This document shows positions 1-12,025 of a DNA stretch of 64,000 bases, piece after piece. A program made the position numbers and the translations under genes. Source of the DNA: Felis catus (taxonomy: Eukaryota); NCBI RefSeq assembly GCF_018350175.1, contig NC_058368.1, positions 90,150,001 through 90,214,000 on the forward strand. Direction: 5' to 3'. The first letter of the stretch is position 1. Every line of letters starts with the position of its first letter. The notes beneath the pieces are model-generated. The model saw only the letters and a list, made by a program, of their open reading frames with translations, was not told the origin of the DNA and searched no databases.

Positions 1-50
1 ACCTAGCACAGTGAAGACCTGAGCAAATGTCTGAGGAGTTGACATAAATC

Positions 51-160
51 TAAGGTGACCAGTTTGTCCCAGTTTCCCTGGGATGGCTCCACTTTTAGCA
101 CTGAAACTGTATCTCGTGTAACCCCTCAGCCCTGGACAAACCAGGCAATTCATCTCCCTG
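51..160. mobile_element. hAT-Blackjack MITE (MER81-like)
   Basis: TAAGGTGACC...TTTTAGCACTGAAA...CTCCCTG with degenerate TIRs. Confidence 0.7.
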
Positions 161-488
161 CTAAATCTGGCTCTGGTCCCAGCCTCAGCATTCACTCACT
201 TGGGTGACCTTGGGCCAGGCCCTGCCACTGTGTGGGCCTCAGTTTCCCATCTTCCTTGACCCACTGAGCCATCCATGCATCTGTACTGTGCAGAGTGGTC
301 ATACCCAGGTCCTGATCTCAAAGCCTTTATCAACTTAGATAAAGGGTTAGCCAGAAATGTCAGGTCCCAAGGGTGATGGGTTGAAGGCCGCTCCTGGCTG
401 GACTGGCAGCACATGCCCAGCTCTGGAACCTGAGGGCACAGCAGGTGTGTTAGTTCCCTGGGAACTGGCTTAGAACAACAGAAATGTT

Positions 489-620
489 GGGGCGCCTGGG
501 TGGCGCAGTTGGTTAAGCATCTGAATTGATCTCAGCTCAGGTCTTGATTTGGGGGTCATGAGTTCAAGCCCTTGTGTTGGGCTCCGCACTGGGTGTGAAG
601 CCTACTTAAAAATGAAAAAA
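489..620 (+). mobile_element. Can-SINE, short form
   Basis: GGGGCGCCTGGGTGGCGCAG head and A tail; TSD agaacaacagaaatgt. Confidence 0.85.
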
Positions 621-625
621 GAACA

Positions 626-870
626 GGGGCACCTGAGTGGCTTAGTTGGTTGGGTGTCCAACTTCGGTTCAGGTCAGGATCTCACGGCTCATGAGTTCCA
701 GCCCCGCGTTGGGCTCTATGCTGACACCTCAGAGCCTGGAGCCTGCTTCGGATTCTGTCTCTGTCTGTCTCTGTACCTTCCCCACTCACGGTCTGTCTCT
801 CTTTCTCAAAAACATAAACATTTATAAATGTTACATATAAATGTATAAACATTAAAAAATTATAAAAAGA
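626..870 (+). mobile_element. Can-SINE
   Basis: tRNA-like head, CT tract, A-rich tail. Confidence 0.9.
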
Positions 871-1852
871 AAAGAACAACAGAAATGTATTGTCTCCCCA
901 TTCTAGAGGCCAGATGCCAAAATCAAGGTAGTCTGGGTCGTGCTCCCTCCAAAGGGGGCATCCTTCTTTGCCTTTCCCAGCTTCTGATGGCCCTGGGTGT
1001 TCCTTGGCCAGTGGCCAAATCACTCCCATCTCTGCCTCTGTCTTCACATGGCTCTCCTTCCTGTGTGTGTCCAAATTTCCCTCTTTTCACAAGGACGTCA
1101 GTCACTGGAGGAGAGCTCATTCTGTCCGGTATGACCTCCTCTTAACTCGATTCCATCTGCAAAGACTATCTCCAAATTAGGTCCCATTCACAGTCACCAG
1201 GGTTTAGGACTCAAATATATCTTTTGGGGGGACACAGTCCAACCCACTGCAGCAGCGTGCACCCAGCCAGCTCCCCTCGGGTCGCCAGAGCTGTCAGCAG
1301 TGGGTGTCCCTTCCCTAGGGGCCAGGAGTTGGCATGTGCAGAGCAGGGAGGGAGAAATGAGACATCCAGGCAGTGATACGCAGAGACCCCCGCCCTACTC
1401 AGGCCGGGCTCCAAAGTCTGTTCCTTCAGGCATCAAGAAAGGCATAAAATGACAAATCATGAAATATATATTTTAAAAAGTAGGCTGCAGAATTTCACAA
1501 CAGGTGACTCACTTTCCATACATATCTCATGGTGGGCTCCGCATGCACCTGAAGTCCTGGCACACTTGAACCAGGTGGTCTGCAGATCCCTGGATGGTGG
1601 AGGGTCGAGGGGGAACCGCCACCAGCCTCTCCCAGTGGAGAGTGGAAGAAATGTTCAAAGGGCATGAGGACCATGCATCTTTCATTCAGCCCCAACACGG
1701 GGAAGCGGTGGGGGGGGGGGGGGGGCGTATACAGTAGGCGCTCAGTCAGCACTGGAGTCTGATGGGGCCTGGGGAGAAAGAGTCTGGTGCTAGGGTAAAG
1801 GGGCCTGTGCTTCCTGCCGACTGAGGGCTGACCTGCACTCTCTCTCTTCCAG

Positions 1853-1948
1853 ATCGTCATTCCCTTCTTCAGCCTGCTCATCAAAGACATCTACTTCCTG
1901 AACGAGGGCTGTGCCAACCGCCTCCCCAATGGACATGTCAACTTTGAG
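1853..1948 (+). CDS. RASGEF1C: RASGEF1C internal coding exon (RasGEF/CDC25 domain), partial gene
   Basis: Flanked by tctctcttccAG and GTaga. 96 nt, translates IVIPFFSLLIKDIYFLNEGCANRLPNGHVNFE, the RasGEF1-family motif. Splices in frame to the 3784 exon. Confidence 0.95.
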
Positions 1949-3783
1949 GTAGAGTCCAGGGGCCCCCGACAATCAAAGCCCCCAGGGCAGGGGCACCGGA
2001 CGAATGGGGCACGGTTCACAAGACATCACGGCGGGATTATCAGGGTCTCCCCACCCCACCCCTTCCACAGGAGACTGAGGCTCATGCAGGCACTGATCCC
2101 CCACTGCCCACCACAGGTGAGGCAGACTCATTTTCAGCCCTTGAAGAGCACAAGGCTGTGAGAAAGCCCCACGGACCCACAGTGACAATGGGTGAGGTGC
2201 TGTGACCTGCACAGGGCACAGGGCATGTGTCAGGGAAGGCCTCCCTGAGCACAGGAGGAGGTGGGCAAGCAGTGTGGGCAGAGAAGGAAAGATTTCTACT
2301 CCCTCTGCAGACACTCACTGCCATCAGCTCAAGTGTCCCCCTCCTCCAGGAAGCTCCCCTTGACTTCCCAGACAGAGGGTGGCCCAGCCCGTACTCAGTG
2401 GACTGGGCATTCTTTGGTCACAGCTCTCCAGTCCCTGAGCTCCTTAGAAGCAAAGGCAGGCTGACCTCCCCCACACACACATGGGACCACCCAGCACACA
2501 TATCTTGGAGTGGCTGGTGGCCTAGGCATGGTGGGAGCTGAGGCCCAGGAGCCCTGAGAGCCCTGGGCAGTGACAACAAGTGGTCACTGATTCAGACAGA
2601 CAAAGCCAGCCATGCAGCAGTGACAACCCCCGAATCTGCAGGAAGGAGGAGACTCTTCTCCCTAGGAAGGCTGGCCCACACTTGTGCTGGCCCCACCCAG
2701 CCTCCAACACCAAGGGACAGTCAGTCCTGGGCTGGCCCCTGCGCTATCTGAGCCCCAGTCTCTCCCTCTCTAAAACAGGGCTTTGGCACAGAGCCCACCA
2801 AGGGCTCTGTAGGGACAGCATCCCCTGCTGGTGGGTCCCCCACCCAACGCCTGGGCCCTCTGGCCTGGAGCTGCCTCTGCTCTGGGGCCTCACACAGACT
2901 CCCTGGCAGACTTTCCTGTGCTGCCTGCAGGCCTGGTTAGCCCTGAGAACCTGTGTAGCAGGGAGAAGTCCAGTCCAGCAGGGAGCCTGGGCACTGCATC
3001 CCCAGGACAGTCCGGACTGGAAGTGACATAAAGGAGGCTGGCCTTGGGTTAAATTAACAGAGGGGCTCGGGAGCCCAAGATCACACTTTCCAGAAGAGCC
3101 CACACATACCAGCTGTGGAAAGCCCTGTATTGCACTCTTCTTAAACTGGTCCTCAGACCTGAGACCGAGGGAGGAAAGGCAAGACTGTAAAGTGCTTCTG
3201 AGGCCCCAGATTTGGGGCAGGGGCAGTGGGGGCTGGAGCCAGCCACCAGGACTGATGAAAGATGCCATAGAGGGTCGTTCCCACCCGGTCATGACTTTAT
3301 GCTGGCAGTTTATTTAAAAGCCTTCTTTAAGTCAGCACAGATTTTTTTTAATTTAAATAAATGTATTTAAATTTTACTTAAATAAAATTCTGCTTTAAGT
3401 GGATCCACTTAAATCTTCCTTAAATACATTTATTTAAATTTATTTGCATCATTCTCTAGATAAACAAATGCAGGGATAATCATGAAAAAGAATGAAACTA
3501 GAGTAATACTCGCCTCTCGCTGGATGTGCTGCCTGCCGATGACCTGGCCCTAGATGCTCTCTCTCCCCAGATTCCACAGAGGGAATGAAGAGATGTGGCG
3601 AACACCCAGGTTTCCTAATGGGGGGTCTGTCATTTACTGCCCAGTGCTCTGCCTTGCCCTGCCCAGGAGTGGGCCCCCAGGGACAGATGAGTGAGACTGG
3701 CCCACTCTCACAGGTGACCTCCAGGCACTGGGGGGTGGAGGTGGGGTAAGGGGCTCCCATTTGTGTTTCAATGACCCTGGCAG

Positions 3784-3907
3784 AAATTTCTGGAGCTGGC
3801 CAAGCAGGTTGGAGAGTTCATCACGTGGAAACAAGTGGAATGTCCCTTTGAGCAAGACCCCAGCATCACCCACTACCTGCACACCGCCCCTATCTTCAGC
3901 GAGGATG
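3784..3907 (+). CDS. RASGEF1C: RASGEF1C internal coding exon
   Basis: Flanked by cAG and GTAAGG. 124 nt, KFLELAKQVGEFITWKQVECPFEQDPSITHYLHTAPIFSED(G); overlaps ORF 3835-4032. Confidence 0.95.
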
Positions 3908-4311
3908 GTAAGGTGACCCTATGGCCTCTGTCACCCCCAGCTCTGGGACTCTGGGGTGGTCTCCTAGTCACATCTCCATATGGGGCCCCTGCTGCGAGCA
4001 GGACGCATCACGCCCATGTTTGCTGGATGTGAAAGGGAGCAGAGAAGGCTGAGCACCAGTCAGGGCCTGAGGAGCTGCAGGCTGGGGACCTCCAGGGTCC
4101 CCAGGGCCAGGCTTCCCCTTGGACACAGTATGGCTGCTGCTGGGCATCATAAATTGAAACCATCGGTCCCACCCACTTCCTTCATTGGTAAAATAAGCAA
4201 GATGGTGAGAACTACCCTCCCTGTGCTCACATAGGGAAGGCAGAGCCCTGGGCTCCCCATGGGTCTTTCCACAGCTGGGGGTGTGTGCATGTTTGTGTGA
4301 GTGCGTGCATG

Positions 4312-4313
<2 letters not shown>

Positions 4314-4347
<34 letters not shown>
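4314..4347. repeat. (TG)n microsatellite
   Basis: Perfect TG run. Confidence 0.95.
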
Positions 4348-4350
<3 letters not shown>

Positions 4351-4613
4351 AGGCATCTTTTCTCCAGAGTGCCATTAATGTCTGTGCCCTCCAGTAAATC
4401 AGCATTCCCATCTGATCATTTATCAAATGTGACAAATTTGCTGTGAATTTTCTAAGCAAGCATACTCCAGGAAGAGAAAGTGCTGGAAGCAAGTGGCCAT
4501 TTGGTCCTGAGTTGATCATCTCAGGGGAGGCAATGTGGCCCCATGGTCAGCTGCTTCCTGGATCCAAGACCCTCAACCTACCCCAGGAGGTCCCCACTGA
4601 GCACAACAAGCAT

Positions 4614-4833
4614 TTAAAAAAATTTTTTTAATGTTTATTTATTTTTGAGAGATAGAGAGACAGAGCGTGAGCAGGGGAGGGGCAGAGAGAGAGAGAGGTA
4701 GAGAATCCGAAGTAGGTTCCAGGCTCTGAGCTGTCAGTACAGAGCCCAATGCGGGGCTTGAACCCACAAACCACAAGATCATGACCTGAGCTGAAGTCAG
4801 ATGCTTAACCAACTGAGCCACCCAGGCGTCCCC
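4614..4833 (-). mobile_element. Can-SINE
   Basis: Head on minus strand; TSD aca(a/g)caagcattt. Confidence 0.9.
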
Positions 4834-5074
4834 ACAGCAAGCATTTTATAAAGGGACCCACACCCGTGCCTGGGAGAACATGTTCTGCCAAAAACAAAAA
4901 CTTAGGAGAAAGGAGTTTTTAATGATTTTGCTTTTAATTGTTAATACTTTCAAGTTTGCCATTTTATATGTTATGTTTTGGAACCATTAACTTTTAGGGG
5001 TGGGTTGCGGGGAGGGGAGTGTTCACCTGAAACAGCAATCCCTACCTGCAACAAGAAGTTCAGCAGCCTGATGG

Positions 5075-5165
5075 ATAAGCCAGCCTGGGCTGTTCCCACC
5101 CCAGCAAGCTGTGTGACTCTAGGCAGGTGCCTCACCCTCTCTAAGCCTCACCTGCTGCATCTGGC
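5075..5165. mobile_element. MIR fragment
   Basis: MIR core-like agctgtgtgactctaggcag...ctctctaagcctca. Confidence 0.6.
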
Positions 5166-5610
5166 TTAGTGGCTCAAAGCAACATTGATTTATTCTCTTA
5201 GAGTCCAAAGTCAGTTCCACTGGGCTGAAATCATGGTGTCAACAGAGCTGGTTATTTCTGGAGGCTCTGAGGGGAAGACTGTTCCCTGGCCTGTTATGAC
5301 TTCTAGTGGCCACCCATATTCCTTGGCACATGACCCCCTTCCTCCATCTTCAAAGCACATCATTTGAACCTCTGCTTCCACCATCACATCATCTTCTCTC
5401 TTGTGGTCAAGTCTCCTCTGTCTCGCTCTTAGAAGGACACTTGCAGTGTCATTTAGGGCCCTGCTGGATAATCCAGGATAATCCCCCCATCTCCATATCC
5501 TTAACTTAATCTCATCTGCTGAGTCCCTTTTGGCCACGGAAGCTAACATATTCACATGTCCCGGGGAGTAGGATCTGGATATCTCTGGGGGCCATTATCT
5601 AACCTACTAG
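5165..5610 (-). mobile_element. MaLR LTR (MLT1-type)
   Basis: ggataatccaggataatcccccc...taacatattcaca...ggggccattat. Confidence 0.75.
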
Positions 5611-5746
5611 TTACTGTGATAACTGTTGTCATTAACCAATAGAACTTGTGCAGTAATGTGTCAAAGCATATTAAGAAAGGGGTGGGAGAGCCTGGGGGCA
5701 GGGAGAGGAGTGAGAGAAGGGCATTTCTCTTCTCTCTCTCTTTCTC

Positions 5747-5933
5747 TTTTTTTTTTTTTTTTTTTTTTGAGAGACAGCATGAACAGGGGAGGGGCAGAGG
5801 GAGAGAGAATCTTAAGTAGGCTCCATGCCCAGTGTAAAGCCCATTGTGGGGCTCCATCTCATAACTGTGAGATCATGACCTGAGCTGAAATCAAGAGTTG
5901 GACGCTTAACCGACTAAGCCACCCAAGTGTCCC
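5747..5933 (-). mobile_element. Can-SINE
   Basis: Poly-T, GA tract, head; TSD gagaagggcattt. Confidence 0.88.
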
Positions 5934-6074
5934 AAGAGAAGGGCATTTCATTCACTCCTTCAGCCAATGGTATCTCTAGAGAACCTGCTGTGTGTGAGAC
6001 AGTGATTCAGCCATGAACATACAGCAAAAAAACTTAGCCCTTCTGAAGTGCCCTTAGAAAGGAGCACCTTCCAA

Positions 6075-6403
6075 GGCACCTGGGTGATTCAGTCAGTTAA
6101 GCATCCAACTCTGGATTTCAGCTCAGGTAATGATCTCACGGTTCATGGGATTGAGCCCCGTGTTGGGCTCTGCACTGACAGCATGGAGCCTGCTTAGGAT
6201 TCTCCCTCTCTCTCTTTACCTCTCTCTTGCCTTCCCCCACTTGCACTCTGTCTCTCTCTCTCTCTCTCTCTCTTTCCCTCTCTCTTGCCTTCCCCCACTT
6301 ACACTCTGTCTCTCTCTCTCTCTTGCTCACTCTCACTCTGTCTCTCTATTTATCTCTCTCTCTCTGAAAATAAATACATAAACTTTAAAAAACAAATCAA
6401 AAA
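6075..6403 (+). mobile_element. Can-SINE with triplicated CT-rich segment
   Basis: Head plus repeated ctctcttgccttcccccactt(g/a)cactctgtctct units. Confidence 0.88.
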
Positions 6404-7730
6404 AGAAAGGAGCTCCTTCTAGTGACCCTTGTTTCATCCTCTCCTTCCCCCCACCAAAAAAAAATAATAATAATAATAATAATAACTGGAGAAAGCAAGA
6501 GAAGGGACCTAAGCTGTATTGAGCCCCAACTGGGTTAGTCACAGCCTCTGACAGAATCCTGCCCAGCACTCAGCTCCAGGCTTCCTCTGGCAAGACCTGC
6601 CTAGCAATACAGCCAGCCTTGAGGCTCTCTGAAACAGGTGACAGTATAGAAAGTATCAGCAAAGAAACAGAAGATATAAAAGGGAGCCAAGTAGAAATTA
6701 TAGAATTGAAAAATACAATAACTAAAATAAAAAACTGAGTAGATGGTCTCAACAGCAGAATGGAGAAGACAAAGCAAAGAATCGATGAGCTGGAAGATGG
6801 AACAATAGAAATTAAACAATCTGAACAACAGAGTGTCAGGGACCTGTGGGACTATAACAAAAGATCTAACACTCTTGTCATCAGAGTCTGGGAAGGAAGG
6901 GGACAAAATGGACAGGGTTGAAAAAATAATCCAAGAAGTAATGGCTGGAAAGTTCCCAGATTTGGAAAAGATAGAAACCTACAGATTCAAGAAGCCAAGT
7001 GAATCCCAAAAAGGATCAACCCAAAGAAACACATACCAAGATACATCATAGTCACATTTCTGAGCACCAAATAAAAAGACACAAATTTTGAAAACACTGA
7101 GAAAGAAATGACACTTTACCTATGAGGGCAAAACAATTTGGATGACTAGAGTACTCATCAGAAATCATGGTAGCCAGAGGCAGTGGCATATTTTTCACGT
7201 GCTGAAAGAAAATAGCTGCCAACCCAGAATTCTATATCCAGTGAAAATATCCTTCAGGAATTTACTGTACATAAATCAAAATGGAATTCTAAAAACTGTT
7301 CAAGTAACCCACAGGAAGTTGGTCCTTTGAAAAGAACTGTAACATTGCCATTCTCCAGCAAAGAACCTCTTAAAGAAAAAGAGAAGACAGAAAATGCTAA
7401 TATCTAGAATGAAATGGAAGATGTCACTATAGCCTCTGTCATCATTGAAAGGCTAATAAGAAAATACTGTGAACAACTCTAGACCCATTAATTTGGCCAG
7501 TTAGATGAAATGGACCAATTCCTTAAATAGCATAAACTGCCACAAACTCAACACAAAATAGATCATTTGAATAGCCCTATAACCATTAAGGAAATTGCAT
7601 TTGTAATTTTAAAACATCCCAAAAATGAAATCTCTAGGCTCAGACAGTTATACTAGAGAATTCTATTAAACTTTTAAGGAAGACTTAATATGGATTCTAC
7701 ACAATCGTTTTCAAAAAATAGAAGAGGACA

Positions 7731-7945
7731 GGGCACCTGGGTGGCTCAGTCAGTTAAGCATCCAACTTCAGTTCAGGTCATGATCTCATAGTGCATGGGT
7801 TCGAGCCCTGTGTTGGGCTCTGTGCTGACAGTTTGGAGCCTGGAGCCTGCTTCGGATTCCGTGTCTCCCTCTCTCTACCCCTTGCCTGCTCTCTCTCTCT
7901 CTCTCTCTCTCTCTCCCAAAAATAAATAAACATAAAAAAAAAAAA
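7731..7945 (+). mobile_element. Can-SINE
   Basis: Full head and tail; TSD aaaaatagaagaggac. Confidence 0.9.
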
Positions 7946-8996
7946 TAGAAGAGGACGGAACTTCCCAGCTCATTTTACGAAACCAGTATTACCCTGACAC
8001 CAAAACCAGATAAAGGAAGTAAAATAAAGAAAGTAAAGACTAAGATCCCTTGTGAATATAGATGCAAAAATTCCTTAACAAAATATTAGCAAATAGAATT
8101 TGGCAATATTGAAAAATAGTTAGATATCATGACCAAGTGAGTTTATTCCAGAGATACAATACTATTCAATATTTGAAAATCAATCAGTGTCATCTACCAT
8201 ATTAACAGACTAACAGAGAAAAATGACTTGATTATATCAACTGATACAGAAAATTCATTTGACAGATTTCTACACCCATGCATGGGAAAAACTCTCAGAA
8301 AAATAAGAATCGAGGGGAATTTATCAATCTGATAAACTGCACCTACAAAAACCTTTCCACTAACATCATTTTTAATGGTGAAACACTGCTTTCTCATTAA
8401 GATCAGTAATAAGGCAAAGATATATACTCTCACCACTTTTGTTCAAGATAGTAATGGAGATCTAGTTTATGCAATAACGCAAGAAAAGAAAATAAAGACA
8501 GATCAGAAAGGATGAATTAACACTGTCCTTATTTATTAAAAAATGTAAAAAATCCCAAAGAATCTCCAAAACTCCTAGAACTAAGTGGGTTCAGCACAAG
8601 TTGCAGAATACAAGATAAAGACACAAAAATCTATCATATTTCTGCGTGCTAACAATGAATATGTGGACACTGAAATTAAAAATACAATGCCATCACTCAA
8701 TATAATCGCTCAAAAACATTAAATACTTAGGTATAAATCTAACAAAACATATCCAAGATTTGCATGCCAAAATCTACACGATGCTAATGAAAGAAATCAG
8801 AGAAGGTCTAAATAAATGGAGGGACATGACATGCATGAATTGGAAGACTCAGCATAGCAATGATACCAATTCTCCCCAAATTTAAGTACGGATTTAATGC
8901 ATTTCCTATCAAAATCCAGGATTTTCCCATCAAAAGACAGTGGTTGTTTTTTTTTTTTGCAGACAAAGATACAATAATTCTAAGATAATTGTATAT

Positions 8997-9205
8997 GGGG
9001 GTGAGCCTGGGTGGCTCAGTCAGTTGAGCATCCAACTTCAGCTCAGGTCATGATCTCATGGTTCATGAGTTCGAGCCCCATGTTGGGCTCTGTGCTGACA
9101 GCTCAGAGCCTGGAGCCTGCTTTGGATTCTGTTTCCCTCTCTCTGCTCCTCCCCCACTCACACTTTGTCTCTCTCTCAAAAATAAATATTTAAAAAAATT
9201 TTTTA
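8997..9205 (+). mobile_element. Can-SINE
   Basis: Head, CT tract and tail. Confidence 0.9.
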
Positions 9206-9417
9206 AATGAAATGTATATGGGAAGCCATAGAAACTCGAATAGCTGAAACAATTTTGAAAAAGAAGAATAAAATGAGAGGGATTACTCTACCCAATATTA
9301 AAGCTGATATTATACAGCTACAGTAATCAAGACAGTGTGGTATTGGTAAGACAGATATGTGGATCAATGGGACAGAATAGAGAACCCAAGAATAGACCCA
9401 CACAAATGCCCAGTGAC

Positions 9418-9614
9418 TTTTTTTAAATGTTTATTCAATTTTAAGAGAGAGAGCATGTGCATGGGGAGGGGTAGAGAGCAAGAGGGACAGAAGATCCAAA
9501 GCGGTCTCTGAGCTGACAGCAGCAAGCCAGATGCAGGGCTGCAACTCACGAACCACAAGATCGTGACCCAAGCCGAAGTCAGACGCTCCACTGACTGAGC
9601 CACCCAGACACCCC
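9418..9614 (-). mobile_element. Can-SINE
   Basis: Head on minus strand. Confidence 0.88.
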
Positions 9615-10211
9615 ACTGTGCCCAGGGATTTTTGAGAATGGAGTAAAAGCAATTCAGTGGAGGAAAGTGAGCCCTTGCAACAAATGGAACAGGGGCATCT
9701 GAGCATCCATAAGCCAAAAAATGAACTTTGACCTCATCCTTACACCCTTTATGAAAAATTAACTCAGAATGAATCACAGACTCGAATGTAAAATGTAAAA
9801 CTGTATAGCTTTTAGGAAGAATAAAAGTAACAGGAAATCTTCAGGATGTAGAACTAGACAAAGAGTTTCTTATAAAACTAAATTTGCACCGACTGACTCA
9901 GTAAATGTGCTCTCGGGCATTTATTTATCCCAGAGAAACGAATACTCATGTTCACACAAAAAACCCGCACTCCAATAATTACAGCAGCATAAATAGTTCT
10001 AGAGAAACACTGGAAGCAATGCAGATGTCCTTCAGTGGGTGAGTGGCTAAACACACTGTGGTATATCCATGCCACGGAATAGTCTTCAGCAAGAAAAAGG
10101 AATTAAGTATTGATTCATACTACAGCTTGGATGAAACGCGGAGAATCACTCGGAGTGAAAAGAGACCATCCCATATGTTACATACTGATTCGATTTATAT
10201 CACATTCTTCC

Positions 10212-10413
10212 TTTAAAATTATGTATTTATCTTGAGAGACACAGAGACAGCAAGAGTGAGAGAAGGGCAGAGAGAGGGAGAGAGAATCCCAAGCAGGCTC
10301 TGTGCTGTCAGCATAGCGCCCCACATGGGGCTTGATCTCACAAACCACAAGATCGTGACCTGAGTGGAAATCCAGAGTTGGATGCTTAACTGACTGAGCC
10401 ACCCAGGTGTCCC
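10212..10413 (-). mobile_element. Can-SINE
   Basis: TSD tatatcacattctt. Confidence 0.88.
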
Positions 10414-10773
10414 TATATCACATTCTTGAAATGACAAAAATCTGGACATGGAGAACCTATTAGTGGTGGCCAGGGATTAAGAAAGGGAAGCAGGTGGGCC
10501 TTAAAAGGGCAGCATGAGGGATTCTGGTGGTGATGAGGGTGTTCTGCAAACTGTCAACATGCTGGTGGTGGTTCTGTGCTATAGTTTTGCAAATGGTTAC
10601 CACTGGGAGAAACTAGGGAAAGGGTACACCGACCTCTCTGTACTAATTAGCACATACAACTGCATGTGTACCTCCCAACACGTTTAAGAATAAAAAGCAG
10701 GTCAGACTCTGGGTATAGGGCAGGCTATTATCATAGGCCATAACTGTGTGATTTTACCTCTTTTTCTGACCAG

Positions 10774-10846
10774 GTCTTTATTTGGCTTCTTATGAAAGTG
10801 AGAGCCCAGAGAACCAAACAGAAAAAGAGAGGTGGAAATCTCTAAG
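10774..10846 (+). CDS. RASGEF1C: RASGEF1C penultimate coding exon
   Basis: Flanked by tttttctgaccAG and GTGAGT. 73 nt, (G)LYLASYESESPENQTEKERWKSL(R); phases match both neighbouring exons. Confidence 0.94.
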
Positions 10847-11322
10847 GTGAGTCTGTGAAGACGGGAGTAAAGACTGGCATGGGGGAGAAGGTGGGTGCTT
10901 GGGGCCAGGCCAGGGCCGAGGGGCTTCGTGGATACCCAGGTCCGTGGGGAGGGGGCAGGACAGGCCAGGCTCTTAGGGGTGGGGGTGGGACTCACGCACT
11001 GGGTGGGAGGGAGGTTAGGATTGCAACCCACCCCCACCCCCACCGCCATGGCCGGAGGCTGGCCCTGCAGGCCGTCAGGATGTGTGTCCAGGTCCAGGAA
11101 ACCCCAGTCCATATTCTTATGCCAGAAAGTGAGACACCACCTCCTGCTCGTTCAGCCTATTAACACGGCCCAGCGGAGGTCAGACCAAGCCTGCAGCAGT
11201 GGGCTCTGAGGACTAAGCCAAGAGGGTTGTACAGAGCCCCTCTGGGGTGGGAGTCACCTGCCTTGCAGGGGACTGGCTGGAGGGAAGTATAATCACCACC
11301 CTGGGCATGTTTAAATCTGCAG

Positions 11323-11347
11323 ATCTTCTATTTTGGGGAAGACGTGA
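11323..11347 (+). CDS. RASGEF1C: RASGEF1C last coding exon (RSSILGKT-stop)
   Basis: ctgcAG acceptor, then A TCT TCT ATT TTG GGG AAG ACG TGA, completing the phase-2 Arg codon. Matches the RASGEF1C C-terminus as I recall it. Confidence 0.9.
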
Positions 11348-12025
11348 GAAGCGCTGAGCAGGAGGAGGAGGAGGTGGAGGAGGAGGAGGGGAGGAAGTCA
11401 GCAGAAGCCTTCCGCAGCCCTGCCTCAGCCGGCCCAGCAGAAAGTGGAGGTGTTGGTGCTTCCCTGCTTTGCAAACCGTGACCCCACGGCCTGGCGCCCG
11501 CCCCAGCGACCACACGGCACAGGAGACCTTCCTCCACCTTTTGTGGAACTTCGGCCCCGGCAGGCCCAGGGGCCTCCTGACATGTGGGTGGCACGTGCCT
11601 CAGGGGCCCTGCCTTCAGGATGGTGGGGGTCACATTACTGTGACCTCGGCAAGGACACGGCACGACCCCCAGAGGGCCGGGTGACTGTAGTGTCGCTCTC
11701 ATTGGGTGATGAGTGCCACAGGGGCTGACCCCCAGTCTGTCACCAGGTGGCCTGGGAGCCTCTACATCTCCAGCAGGCACCACGCCGCTGGCCCCTGCCA
11801 TTCTGCTGATGGACCCTACCCTGTCCCCCTCCCCTGGCCCCAAGATGGGCTGGTTTCTGCAGCCCAATTCACTCCCTTTCTGGATCCTGCTGGTATCAGG
11901 GGATAGCTTTCCGGTGACAGCTGTGACACAGGTCATGGGACAGATTTGAGTCACAAAAATGACAACATGTACAGTACATTGTAAACTCTAGAGTTGGTAT
12001 AAACATGTTCATACACCCTGCATAT
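11348..12025 (+). other. RASGEF1C: Probable RASGEF1C 3'UTR
   Basis: Follows the stop codon. End inferred from TATAAA (11998-12003) with upstream TGTA motifs. Confidence 0.5.

Larger units (their letters stand above)
447..1250 (-). mobile_element. MaLR LTR (MLT1-type) interrupted by two SINEs
   Basis: MLT1 motifs aacaacagaaatgtattgtctc...ttctagaggccag and ttggggggacacagtccaaccc. Confidence 0.75.
6600..10697 (+). mobile_element. Degraded old L1 (L1M, L1MC-like 3' end): ORF1 and ORF2 remnants, with four SINE insertions
   Basis: ORF1-like RILYPVKISFRN; ORF2-like segments (tagatgcaaaaattccttaacaaaatattagcaaat); 3'UTR and AATAAA at 10689. Confidence 0.85.

Noticed and set aside
6600..10697. Possible intact or domesticated L1 ORFs
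   Set aside because: Many stops, frameshifts, deletions and SINE insertions.
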